A DNA stretch of 64,000 nt from a virus (taxonomy: Duplodnaviria > Caudoviricetes): positions 1 to 64,000 of the IMG/VR virus record IMGVR_UViG_3300033463_000042. One strand, written 5' to 3'. Below, in pieces: positions 37,083 to 46,452 of the stretch (the first letter of the stretch is position 1; the number at the start of each line of letters is the position of its first letter). The notes beneath the pieces are model-generated. The model was not told where the DNA came from. It did no database searches and saw nothing but the letters and a program-made list of their open reading frames with translations. The translations under genes and the position numbers were made by a program.

Positions 37083-39389
37083 TTAAAATATATCAGATGT
37101 ACTTACGCTCTTGATAGGCATGTTATTCTTAGCAAGCCACTTGTTAAGACCCTTATTGAAGTCTTCCATAAACTCAGGAGCGAGATGTTTAATTTGTGCT
37201 TTCGTAAGTTGATTCTCTGCCTTGTTAACACCCTTATTGGATGATACGATATATGACAGATATTTCAAAATGTTCGGATCAGTGATCTTTCCTGAATCAA
37301 GCATTTGTTTAGCGAGATTATATGACATAGTCTCACGTGACATTGTTGTTGCATGAACATCGAACTTGCCGCTATTAACAGCATTTCTCATGTAATGGTT
37401 CTTCAACCAATCCTGTACATCGGCTGTTAAATGTATAGGAAGTTTATACATAGCAGCACACATATCACACATTGTCTCTTCGTTGGACTTCTCTAACATA
37501 AGATTCTGGATATCATTGGTTGACGCAAATAAACCAAGTATAGCCCAACCTCCACCAATCATCATGTTGAACTTGTTGACAATTGTTGACAATGCTACCT
37601 GAATAGCACCCTTATATGTACTGATACCAGAACCAACGTCTACAGCATCTTTCAAGAGATTCTTATCTTTGTTGATCTGTGAGTTGTCAACGGTCATGTT
37701 ATCTTCATCTTTAGCAACCAGCTCTGTAAATTCTTGAACCTTTGCGGGATCATCGACTATACCAGCAAGATAGTTGAGACGCGCTTCAGTCTTTTCAAAA
37801 GCTGCAATATGATCATTACGCGAAACACCGATAGCACTAGTATACTGTGCAAAGCTATTAATGAATATACTAAAGATCTTTACATAGATATCAGAAGCAA
37901 GAGAGAAAGCTCTCTTAAATGCAGCAACAACTTTACCACCATAAGTACCTGCCAACAAAGCAATGTTGTGGAAGATTTCATGACAAATGATAGCCACCTG
38001 CATCTGACCTGCGACTTTGGGTGAGGTATCATAACAGAACTGTGTATCATTATAGATGGTAAGTTTTGCTCCACCAAGATCAAAGCCCTTATATCTATTG
38101 AACTTGATGCTTCCTTCTTTACCCTTGATAGAGTATTGGGTTGGAGTAGCACCGCCACCTTTATACATCTTCACATCAAGACTACAGTTGAATTGTGTTT
38201 CAATGTATCCTAACGCGGAGTTGTAATTATGATTTCCTTTTGCATGTTCATTGAGCTTATCCTTTTCAGGACATTTGTCAATGAATTCATTGAATTGTTC
38301 GATAGCCTTTGATAAGTTTGAAGTATCAATGTCATAGATGTCAACGTAATTGTCCAGTTTAAGAGGTTTATAAGTTACCTTTCCGGCTTTCTTTACCTCT
38401 CTCTTAGAGAAGTTCTCTGGATTAGCAAGTATCTCAAGTACCTGATGGAGTTTGTCATTGAACTTTGTTACGAGTTCAAGATCACTCTGACTGCGTTTAA
38501 CGAGGGTCTCAACACGTTTAACGAATTCATACGTTTTACCACCCTTGACCTGAATACCAGGCATCGCAGAATTACCATTCCACCAAGTCTGGACAAACGC
38601 ACCGAGTTCACCGATCTTCTTACCATATTCCTCAATGGTATTACAGATGTCATTCTTGAAGTAGTTATCCCATGATTCAATAGTGAAATCTCTTTCACTA
38701 ATACGAGCCTGGTTGATGACAACGTAATCAAGAAGTTTGATCATGCCTTCGATACCTGTTCTAGGTTCATTCTTAAATGGTTCAAAAGCGTTACTGAATT
38801 CGGAGTTAAACTTCTTCATTCCATCGATCTTGTAGAACGGGAACTGAACACGAATTTCTGACAAGTCATCAGCAATCTGGAAGTTTACGTCATCCTTGAA
38901 CTCTACGGCAGGACCATAATCCTTGATACGGAATATGAGTGTACCACCAGCTGTAACACCACAAGCAACGCTTGCACCTATGATGAGCTTATAGACAGGG
39001 GACTTCTTCTTCTCCTTCTTAATGCTCTCAATAGCTTTCTTAGATACATCTTTGCCCTGTGAGATTCTTTGTAAATTGTACTTATTTCTTGCATGAGTAA
39101 TCTTATTCTTGATGGCATCAACAAATGCCATGATAAGACGAGGTAAGAACTTGATAACACGCATTATAGCGTTATCATCCTTACCTTTCTCTTTGACCTG
39201 GTCAAGGATCTCTCCTTCTTGGAAGATGGAGAAACCCTCGAGTTCTTCACCCCTGTATTCTTCAAGGATAACACTCTGCTTGATCAACTGACCGTAGATT
39301 GACAAGCAGACATCAAGGTCACTCTCTTGAGTAACAACTTCGACGTTGTCTATCGCTTCCAGCACATTAGACGCGATTGAAGTATTCAT
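37083..39389 (-). CDS. Putative internal head protein: shared leader + C-terminal M48-like zinc metallopeptidase
   Basis: Leader VLEAIDNV...QESDLDV...GFSIFQEG. C-half HEIFH...EETMCDMCAAMYKLPIHLT...HATT..RE is clearly paralogous to 5273-6904. Confidence 0.7.
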   Translation of the reverse strand: MNTSIASNVLEAIDNVEVVTQESDLDVCLSIYGQLIKQSVILEEYRGEELEGFSIFQEGEILDQVKEKGKDDNAIMRVIKFLPRLIMAFVDAIKNKITHARNKYNLQRISQGKDVSKKAIESIKKEKKKSPVYKLIIGASVACGVTAGGTLIFRIKDYGPAVEFKDDVNFQIADDLSEIRVQFPFYKIDGMKKFNSEFSNAFEPFKNEPRTGIEGMIKLLDYVVINQARISERDFTIESWDNYFKNDICNTIEEYGKKIGELGAFVQTWWNGNSAMPGIQVKGGKTYEFVKRVETLVKRSQSDLELVTKFNDKLHQVLEILANPENFSKREVKKAGKVTYKPLKLDNYVDIYDIDTSNLSKAIEQFNEFIDKCPEKDKLNEHAKGNHNYNSALGYIETQFNCSLDVKMYKGGGATPTQYSIKGKEGSIKFNRYKGFDLGGAKLTIYNDTQFCYDTSPKVAGQMQVAIICHEIFHNIALLAGTYGGKVVAAFKRAFSLASDIYVKIFSIFINSFAQYTSAIGVSRNDHIAAFEKTEARLNYLAGIVDDPAKVQEFTELVAKDEDNMTVDNSQINKDKNLLKDAVDVGSGISTYKGAIQVALSTIVNKFNMMIGGGWAILGLFASTNDIQNLMLEKSNEETMCDMCAAMYKLPIHLTADVQDWLKNHYMRNAVNSGKFDVHATTMSRETMSYNLAKQMLDSGKITDPNILKYLSYIVSSNKGVNKAENQLTKAQIKHLAPEFMEDFNKGLNKWLAKNNMPIKSVSTSDIF

Positions 39390-39403
39390 AAAAAATCATC
39401 TCC

Positions 39404-40678
39404 TTAATTGCCATATATACGGTAACTGATGATGATCTTCCAGTTAGATTGTAACGGGATTGATTTGAATGTATAGTATGTAACCAGTTTGATTCTCTGA
39501 GCTTCATCTACAGTCATTCCATCAAATGCAGCATCAGCTAAATAGGTCAAAAACTTATCAGTCTCGTAAACAAACTCATGACTCTGGTTGTACATTGCTA
39601 CAACTTCGATATTGGAATCACTGCTAAGTGCACGCATGATATCCTCATAGAGAACATTACCTGCGGACATACCTGAAACAGATTCCATTACGTCAGTGAA
39701 AGCATTAATGTTTACCTGCTGAGCCGAATAAGTTGTCTGTGAAAGAACTGTATAGATTTCCTGTGCAAGACCTATTACTTCAGTGTCGTATTCTTCAGTG
39801 GTTTCTGATGGAGCACCGAAAATAAGTGCAAGGATCTTCTTGATGTCGTCCTCATACAGCTTCTCCGCAACCGATCTTGTACCAGGAACAGTGTCGAATG
39901 CAACAAGACCAAGTTCGTTGATTACTGGTGTGAGGTTATTTCCTTCATTCTCAAAGAAACCAAGACAGTCACCATTCTTTGTATCAATGGACATAGTTAC
40001 TTCAGCATATGTTTCGATACGATTTGTCTTAGGTGTAGCCCCACCAGGACCGAGATCAGCCTGAGTAATAGGATCAATGTAATCCCACTGCTGACCATCT
40101 TTCCACCAGTTGTGATAGATGTGTGCACGCTCATCAAATTTCTTGATGAAGTATTTCTTGGAACCCTGAGTACGCATTACACCAAGATACTTACCAGCAC
40201 TACCAGCAGGGATATCACCCATCTGGAAAGGTATAGGATAACGAAGCTTGATGTAAGAATAGTCTGTATTCTTTGTGGAGATTGCATCCTCACCAGAACC
40301 CTGGCAACCTACCATGAATCCCTGGATGAAGTGATCAGCAGATATATCACCTTCCATGTGAGTATACTGTGACTCAGGATCCAGACCTATATTGAGCTGG
40401 TCTGATTCATTTAAGTCAGGTACAACTGTTGATGTATCCTTACCAATGTCTTCGTAAGAAGATGATGAATCATGCTTGGAATCAAGATATAAACCAAACA
40501 GTTTCATCAGACAATACTGCATTCCAGATATAGGAATGATATTGTCATTTTCATACCAGAGAGTCCTTTCCTTTGTATCACGATCTTCTACCTCGATCTT
40601 TACATGACCACGGAGACCGATCTTATGATCCATATCTTTGAAAGACAGTTCATCTCTGAATTCTTTATTCATATTCAT
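39404..40678 (-). CDS. Putative baseplate/tail-fibre attachment protein
   Basis: LRGHVKIEVEDRD...NII, INELGL and C-terminal IIISYRIY motifs typical of baseplate-distal/fibre-docking proteins; located in the tail cluster. Confidence 0.5.
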   Translation of the reverse strand: MNMNKEFRDELSFKDMDHKIGLRGHVKIEVEDRDTKERTLWYENDNIIPISGMQYCLMKLFGLYLDSKHDSSSSYEDIGKDTSTVVPDLNESDQLNIGLDPESQYTHMEGDISADHFIQGFMVGCQGSGEDAISTKNTDYSYIKLRYPIPFQMGDIPAGSAGKYLGVMRTQGSKKYFIKKFDERAHIYHNWWKDGQQWDYIDPITQADLGPGGATPKTNRIETYAEVTMSIDTKNGDCLGFFENEGNNLTPVINELGLVAFDTVPGTRSVAEKLYEDDIKKILALIFGAPSETTEEYDTEVIGLAQEIYTVLSQTTYSAQQVNINAFTDVMESVSGMSAGNVLYEDIMRALSSDSNIEVVAMYNQSHEFVYETDKFLTYLADAAFDGMTVDEAQRIKLVTYYTFKSIPLQSNWKIIISYRIYGN

Positions 40679-40693
40679 TTATATTAAACCTCC

Positions 40694-41395
40694 TTATTGT
40701 TGTTGAGTTGCATATTCTTGTCCTACGACGAACTCTGGCACCTCGGAATATAAACACGTTAGAGTCATTGATTTAACCCAATACGCATTTCCTGGAGGGT
40801 TATCATCGGACAGGTATTTTATATCCTTTATCATGAACAGAACCTTCGTTGTCATTGAACTATTTCCAGCACGTGTACCATCTTCTGTTGCAACATAACC
40901 ACCACCAGATTTGTTAACTTTTCTGAATGTGGGGTTTATAACGAGTTGCAGCATCTCTTCAGCATTAGGTCTGAATGATGACATATTTTGACCATTCTGC
41001 GCCAAAGGAAAGTTCATCTCATTCATTATGTCAGTTACTGTCTTAACAGTGGATGTATAGGTTATTGTTGTATCGTTTCTAGCACCTGCAGTATACAATC
41101 CATATGTGAATATGAGATTGACTACTTCTCTATCGATGTCGATAAAGTTATTAATGACTGCAGGAGAAACACTATTACTGATTCTTGTGCCGGGGCCAGT
41201 AATGGTTGTCCATCCATCGGGTGTGGAACCGGGAGCACCATTAAGTTGATCAACGTATAAACCTTTCTGTCCATCAGTACCTTCAGAAACAACACGGATA
41301 TTATCACCGGCAAATTTTACCGAGAGTTTATTATCTGCAGTAAAGCCGAGACCATCACCAACACTGATAGTGAGTCTGTAATTGTTGTTAGGCAT
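40694..41395 (-). CDS. Putative short fibre/tail protein
   Basis: VGDGLGFTADNKLSV and KGLYV fibre-shaft-like repeats. Confidence 0.5.
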   Translation of the reverse strand: MPNNNYRLTISVGDGLGFTADNKLSVKFAGDNIRVVSEGTDGQKGLYVDQLNGAPGSTPDGWTTITGPGTRISNSVSPAVINNFIDIDREVVNLIFTYGLYTAGARNDTTITYTSTVKTVTDIMNEMNFPLAQNGQNMSSFRPNAEEMLQLVINPTFRKVNKSGGGYVATEDGTRAGNSSMTTKVLFMIKDIKYLSDDNPPGNAYWVKSMTLTCLYSEVPEFVVGQEYATQQQ

Positions 41396-41766
41396 TACTG
41401 TCCACCCCCAGCTTGATCGATGATGTATTTGGCCAAACAGTTAGCATCAATGTTTCCATTGGTAAGTTTGGTTACAACAACACCGTCGTTGTTATGAATG
41501 AATGCTGAGCTACCAGTGTATTTCTTATGACGAGATACTGTTGAATTCAATCCAGCAGTTGTCATAGGATCCATTGAGGTTGTTGTTCCGAATCCATTTC
41601 CAGGAAGATTGAAAATCCCGGATCCAGAAGATCCGGGAGTTGCAATCAAGTTACCAGAGGAATCGAACGACAATCCATTATCAGCATCAGCAGACAATTT
41701 AAGTTTAATCTTACCATTTGAATCTTCGGTAAGAGTTGTTTCGTCTACATTAACTTTGAATCTCAT
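41395..41766 (-). CDS. Putative short fibre protein
   Basis: Start MRFKVNV after AAAGGAGG; shaft-like repeats TTLTEDSNGKIKL and NGLSFDSSGNL. Confidence 0.5.
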   Translation of the reverse strand: MRFKVNVDETTLTEDSNGKIKLKLSADADNGLSFDSSGNLIATPGSSGSGIFNLPGNGFGTTTSMDPMTTAGLNSTVSRHKKYTGSSAFIHNNDGVVVTKLTNGNIDANCLAKYIIDQAGGGQ

Positions 41767-41779
41767 GTAATTCCTCCTT

Positions 41780-42262
41780 TCAATTACATGGGGCATTTAC
41801 AGGAACCGATGCTAATAGTGGAGGATTTTGATCCTGATCCCACAGTACATGTGTTCCATCGGTTTTTAATACGAGATAATACTTGTAAACACCATTCGCT
41901 GTATCCAATACACGATACATATCACCAGGGAATATGCGATCACATTCCCTAAGAGATATATCATGACCATCTTCATATTCACATGTGAATACTCTATGAG
42001 TTATCATTGGAGCCACAAGACGTTTATTGTAGTCATTGGTTAATTCATCTTTGTAAGGATAGTCTACACCGGATACAATGCCACCCTGACTTGAACGATA
42101 CTTATCAGGATAACCACCAGATCCAGTAGCTGCTTGTTTCTTAGCATATAAACCATCACTATGAGTCTCCAGCGAATTAAGATTCGCCAGAGACCTTCTT
42201 ACTCTAAGAGCGTTGTATGCTGTTTCCAAAGAGTAATTAGTGTTTAATGATATCTTTGGCAT
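41780..42262 (-). CDS. Putative fibre-associated protein
   Basis: 160 aa; NSLETHSDGLYAK shaft-like repeat. Confidence 0.45.
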   Translation of the reverse strand: MPKISLNTNYSLETAYNALRVRRSLANLNSLETHSDGLYAKKQAATGSGGYPDKYRSSQGGIVSGVDYPYKDELTNDYNKRLVAPMITHRVFTCEYEDGHDISLRECDRIFPGDMYRVLDTANGVYKYYLVLKTDGTHVLWDQDQNPPLLASVPVNAPCN

Positions 42263-42268
42263 ACATCA

Positions 42269-45200
42269 TCACTCCCCTGGTTCTTCATTAGGTGTAGGAG
42301 TTGGATCCGGTTCGAGTATGAGTCCTGGTCCAAGTGTTATGTTAATAGCAGATGAACCATTATACTGAACTGTCGTTGTACCATCTGTGAGTGTGAGGAA
42401 TTCTCCTCCACCTCCACCACCATGATACTGTGGTGAGATTATGAGCGAGCCATATTCATCAAATGCAAGTTGACCATTGTCCAAATTACCATCTTCATCG
42501 AGCTGAATACCGAGAACGTTATTGCCGTAGATACGGAGACCACGCGCACCAAGAGGATTCATCCTTGATCCACCTCTGTATACACGTTGTCTACAATAGT
42601 CACCGGTTACTCGTCCAGTCGGAGTTGTTGCATCGTATGTATTCATCGCATTAACTCTTACGCCGAGATATCCATCTCTGTTAAATCTCAGACCACCCTG
42701 ACATTCTACGAGTTGTTGTGGATCTATTGGTGAACCCATTTGTCTAGCGGGATCCAGTCCATCTTCGGTAGCACAGTTGGGGATACCTGCAGTTTTATCA
42801 AATATCTTTACAGATACGGAGTTATGTATATCACCTTCCAAAACAGAGGTAATACCCTGCCATTTATTCAGGTTTACATCCAATCCTGGCATGAATGAAC
42901 CATTTGGATCAGTTGCATGTATTACTGTGTATCCAGCCGTTCCACCGGCAATAGTTCTGTCTTCTGCGATTCCATAATACTTCAGCCAAGCAGCAAACCT
43001 TTCTCGATCATTTGTTGCAGCGTCATATTCTGGTATAACTGGATTGTGTGGATATACCATGGTATATGCATAATATGATAATACTGTTGACGCGTCAACT
43101 GCATCAATGACACCGTCATTATCCACATCCATGGGTTTCAAATCTTCTTGTGTAAATGGTTTTCCCATAAGTTCTGGGATTTCTGATGAGTCATATGTAT
43201 GATGCAATAAAGGTTCAAATGTATCGGTTGAAGCCTTATATGTATATAAAAGATATGGTTGGCCATATGTAGCGTCTGCATACGTAGCACCATCATCAAG
43301 AGTTGTTATTGGCGAATGATGTGCCGTATCATAATACATGCGACCGATCTCAGTTGCAGGATCAACCCAGTAATATCCTAAATTATTCTTGTTGAATGTT
43401 GACATGTGTGCGTAGTATGATAATATACCCGAAGCGACCTGAGAATCCAGATCAGGGCCATCATCTCTGTAGTGTCCACCACCGGGTTCTGTCTCATCAG
43501 GAACCCATCCTCCTGGGATTTGTACCATATACTCGGGAAGCCATTGATATGCTCTACCAATAAATGTATGATTTGTATTATCAACAACGGTTTCAACATA
43601 TACACGATTCCAAGCACCATCTTGAGTTCCATCATATGTCGTGAACATTGTCACATAGTCATTTTCTCCACCGCCACTACCATTTCCGGTCCAGACGTAA
43701 CGCCGGTTTTCTGCTTTAACAAAGTAAATCTTATCAGATCTTGGTGTTTCATATGGATTGGCAACTTTACCCGGAAGATGTTCTATAGTTGTAACCTCTT
43801 CTGTACCACGTATGCCAGTAATATGTACATACGGATATATTGCTTCTTCATCCCATCCCTTGATTACCAAAGGATTTGAATCAACAACGGGATTATCAGA
43901 TTCACGATAACGCTGAACTTGTACAACGTTTCTCTCATCAATACCAATAGCTCTGTCACCGAGACGAAGCTCATGACCATAAGTGGAGTCGTTACCATTG
44001 ACACGAAGACCGATTGCCGACTGATTGCCAGATTGTGCATCTCCGATGAGATATCTAAGACCACCGTATCCACGCATACGATCATCAGCAACAGTTCCAA
44101 TATCAGCTGACGTATACTGGGAATCTATAACTGATACTGCTAAGAAAGCCTTATCAGCTGCATCAAGCGGTTCCTGACCAGATTTATCATAATGAGACAT
44201 TCTGAGACCAAGACCTCTATTGATTGTAAGACCTGGTGTGATAGCAACAGGACCAACACTCTCAGGATCAAGTCCCGGTGAATATGTTAAACCACCACCG
44301 AGTACAGTATTTGTATCCTTACCAGGATATGCTTTATACTGAGACAGTCTGAGATTCAATCTATTATCACCATCGTCCTTGAAGAAGTCATCTGCGACTC
44401 TGAGGTTTACTTTACCACCATCATAGTATGTTTCAGGATAATCTATCGGTGAATATCTTTCCTCATCGATATCTGATCCAACATATGTACCTATCTCAAG
44501 GAACTTACCAACGTTAACGGCAAGACCACCGGTGCTTACGTTGAATGAATCGTTATGTTTAAGATAGAATGTATTTGGTACATAAGCAGGGCTCCAAATA
44601 GGTTCTTCCGGAGTTCCGGTATTCACGAAGTAAACCATTGTTCCCTGATCATCTGAATATACTACCGGTGCAAGAGGATCTCCACCCCACCATGTTGGTG
44701 TTTCTTCAGATGTGATAAGATCATATGTGACACGGTTGATTACTCCATCAAGGTTATCCTCTTCATCATTATCACTCTTACCAAGATCCGCATTAGAAAT
44801 TTCTTCAGTATTGTTGAATATTCTAAGGCCTGACATATTGACAGTTTTCATTCCCATTAAAGGAATTCTCTTGAGGAGATTTACACCAACAAAATCAGGT
44901 TTATCCAGTCCTATCGGAACATCCGGAATCTTCATTGGCCAGTTTTCCATTGGTGAGAAACCAGCATTGAATGTATTATAGGGAATAACATTCATCGAGA
45001 AATCCGGTGATATGAACATTTTGTTTGAATTTTTCAACTCTGTTCTCACACTCGGACCCATCGGAGTAACCGTAATATGTGTCTGAATCTTTCCTACTTC
45101 GGGAGCGGAAAGATTACCACTTAATGTATTCACACCAGAAAGGTTATCTACTGATAAATTATCCATAACCTTTCCTTCAGCAAGATCAAGGCCTATCATG

Positions 45201-46309
45201 TTGGCGATTCTGCCATCCTGAGTATGTGTATCAATATAAGCAAGACCCTTACCAACGTATGGTTTTATTGTGTAGAATTCCAGAGTGTAGTTGTAAGATG
45301 TGCCTACACGCTGAACACTTGTTATTGAACCTATACAAGCTTCTCTCTTAACGAAATACTCGATAAATTCATCTTTCAATGAACCGTTTACATTACGGCA
45401 ATTCTCATCAGAGAAGTTTGACAAAACAAGATCATATATCTTGAATGTCTGATATGTTGGGAAGAATGTTCCATAAACTGGATCACTAATAAGTGTACCG
45501 TTCATCTTTATGGAGATATGATTTGTTCCTTCAGGATATGTTCCACCGGATGGAAGAGCATATATAAGTGCATCAAGATCACCTGGGTCACCATTGCCAT
45601 ATATACAATTAAAAAACTTTAATACTGGAGCAATCTTTGATTTGTCGATATACAAACCAGACTGTGCTTTTGATGCAGATTCGTTGTATACCTTAAGGGC
45701 ATCTTCACCTGTCCATATGTTAACACCTATCTGACCACCGGTAAGGTCTTTACCATTAATATTTTCATTGTAGATAATGGTATTGTCAGCACTGTATATT
45801 GTGTTTATAGGCTTCATAACAACCTTGTTGACTGCATCACCAGCATCCCATATAGTATAACCTATCTGAGATCTGGTATCATTATCAGGACCACCCACTC
45901 TGATATAGAACGGGATACCTGAACGAGATTTGTCTCGCAACCAGTCTGTTTCGAATACCGTTAGGAATTCATTATAGGTGTCAAACAGCTTAATACTTTT
46001 GAGATTGAACTCTTGTAACAGCTGATCCAACACCCAATCTTTAATTGTAGAAAAAGAAACATTTGTTACATTTTCCAATCCTACATCTTTTGCAGTGATT
46101 ACAACTACACCGTCTCTTCCATTGACGCTATTAACAATACGAGAAAGTTTATTGTTTATAGCGTTCCATATTCTATTTATAGTAACATCTAAACTTTCGC
46201 CCGTCAAATTATCGTCAACAGATTTTGTGTTGGTTAATGGATTAATATTGGACAACGCCGTTCCATCGCCAACAATTTCTTCACGATTCAATTGAATGCG
46301 ATCCTGCAT
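42269..46309 (-). CDS. Tail fibre protein with dockerin-like module
   Basis: N-terminal VNSVNGRDGVVVITAKDVGLENV fibre motif; GL-x-F-type shaft repeats; dockerin repeat DVDNDGVIDAVDASTVLSYYAY. Start MQDRIQL after AAAGGAG. Confidence 0.7.
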   Translation of the reverse strand: MQDRIQLNREEIVGDGTALSNINPLTNTKSVDDNLTGESLDVTINRIWNAINNKLSRIVNSVNGRDGVVVITAKDVGLENVTNVSFSTIKDWVLDQLLQEFNLKSIKLFDTYNEFLTVFETDWLRDKSRSGIPFYIRVGGPDNDTRSQIGYTIWDAGDAVNKVVMKPINTIYSADNTIIYNENINGKDLTGGQIGVNIWTGEDALKVYNESASKAQSGLYIDKSKIAPVLKFFNCIYGNGDPGDLDALIYALPSGGTYPEGTNHISIKMNGTLISDPVYGTFFPTYQTFKIYDLVLSNFSDENCRNVNGSLKDEFIEYFVKREACIGSITSVQRVGTSYNYTLEFYTIKPYVGKGLAYIDTHTQDGRIANMIGLDLAEGKVMDNLSVDNLSGVNTLSGNLSAPEVGKIQTHITVTPMGPSVRTELKNSNKMFISPDFSMNVIPYNTFNAGFSPMENWPMKIPDVPIGLDKPDFVGVNLLKRIPLMGMKTVNMSGLRIFNNTEEISNADLGKSDNDEEDNLDGVINRVTYDLITSEETPTWWGGDPLAPVVYSDDQGTMVYFVNTGTPEEPIWSPAYVPNTFYLKHNDSFNVSTGGLAVNVGKFLEIGTYVGSDIDEERYSPIDYPETYYDGGKVNLRVADDFFKDDGDNRLNLRLSQYKAYPGKDTNTVLGGGLTYSPGLDPESVGPVAITPGLTINRGLGLRMSHYDKSGQEPLDAADKAFLAVSVIDSQYTSADIGTVADDRMRGYGGLRYLIGDAQSGNQSAIGLRVNGNDSTYGHELRLGDRAIGIDERNVVQVQRYRESDNPVVDSNPLVIKGWDEEAIYPYVHITGIRGTEEVTTIEHLPGKVANPYETPRSDKIYFVKAENRRYVWTGNGSGGGENDYVTMFTTYDGTQDGAWNRVYVETVVDNTNHTFIGRAYQWLPEYMVQIPGGWVPDETEPGGGHYRDDGPDLDSQVASGILSYYAHMSTFNKNNLGYYWVDPATEIGRMYYDTAHHSPITTLDDGATYADATYGQPYLLYTYKASTDTFEPLLHHTYDSSEIPELMGKPFTQEDLKPMDVDNDGVIDAVDASTVLSYYAYTMVYPHNPVIPEYDAATNDRERFAAWLKYYGIAEDRTIAGGTAGYTVIHATDPNGSFMPGLDVNLNKWQGITSVLEGDIHNSVSVKIFDKTAGIPNCATEDGLDPARQMGSPIDPQQLVECQGGLRFNRDGYLGVRVNAMNTYDATTPTGRVTGDYCRQRVYRGGSRMNPLGARGLRIYGNNVLGIQLDEDGNLDNGQLAFDEYGSLIISPQYHGGGGGGEFLTLTDGTTTVQYNGSSAINITLGPGLILEPDPTPTPNEEPGE

Positions 46310-46452
46310 ATTTTTCACTCCTTTATGTAATAAATATTATGATTCGAACAAATTCCGACCAAACCATAATGTATGTTTTAACCATTTACAGGTAAACTTA
46401 CCTCGAGGTTTCTATACATTTAAAATACAAAGTGATTAGGAGGCGTTTTAAA

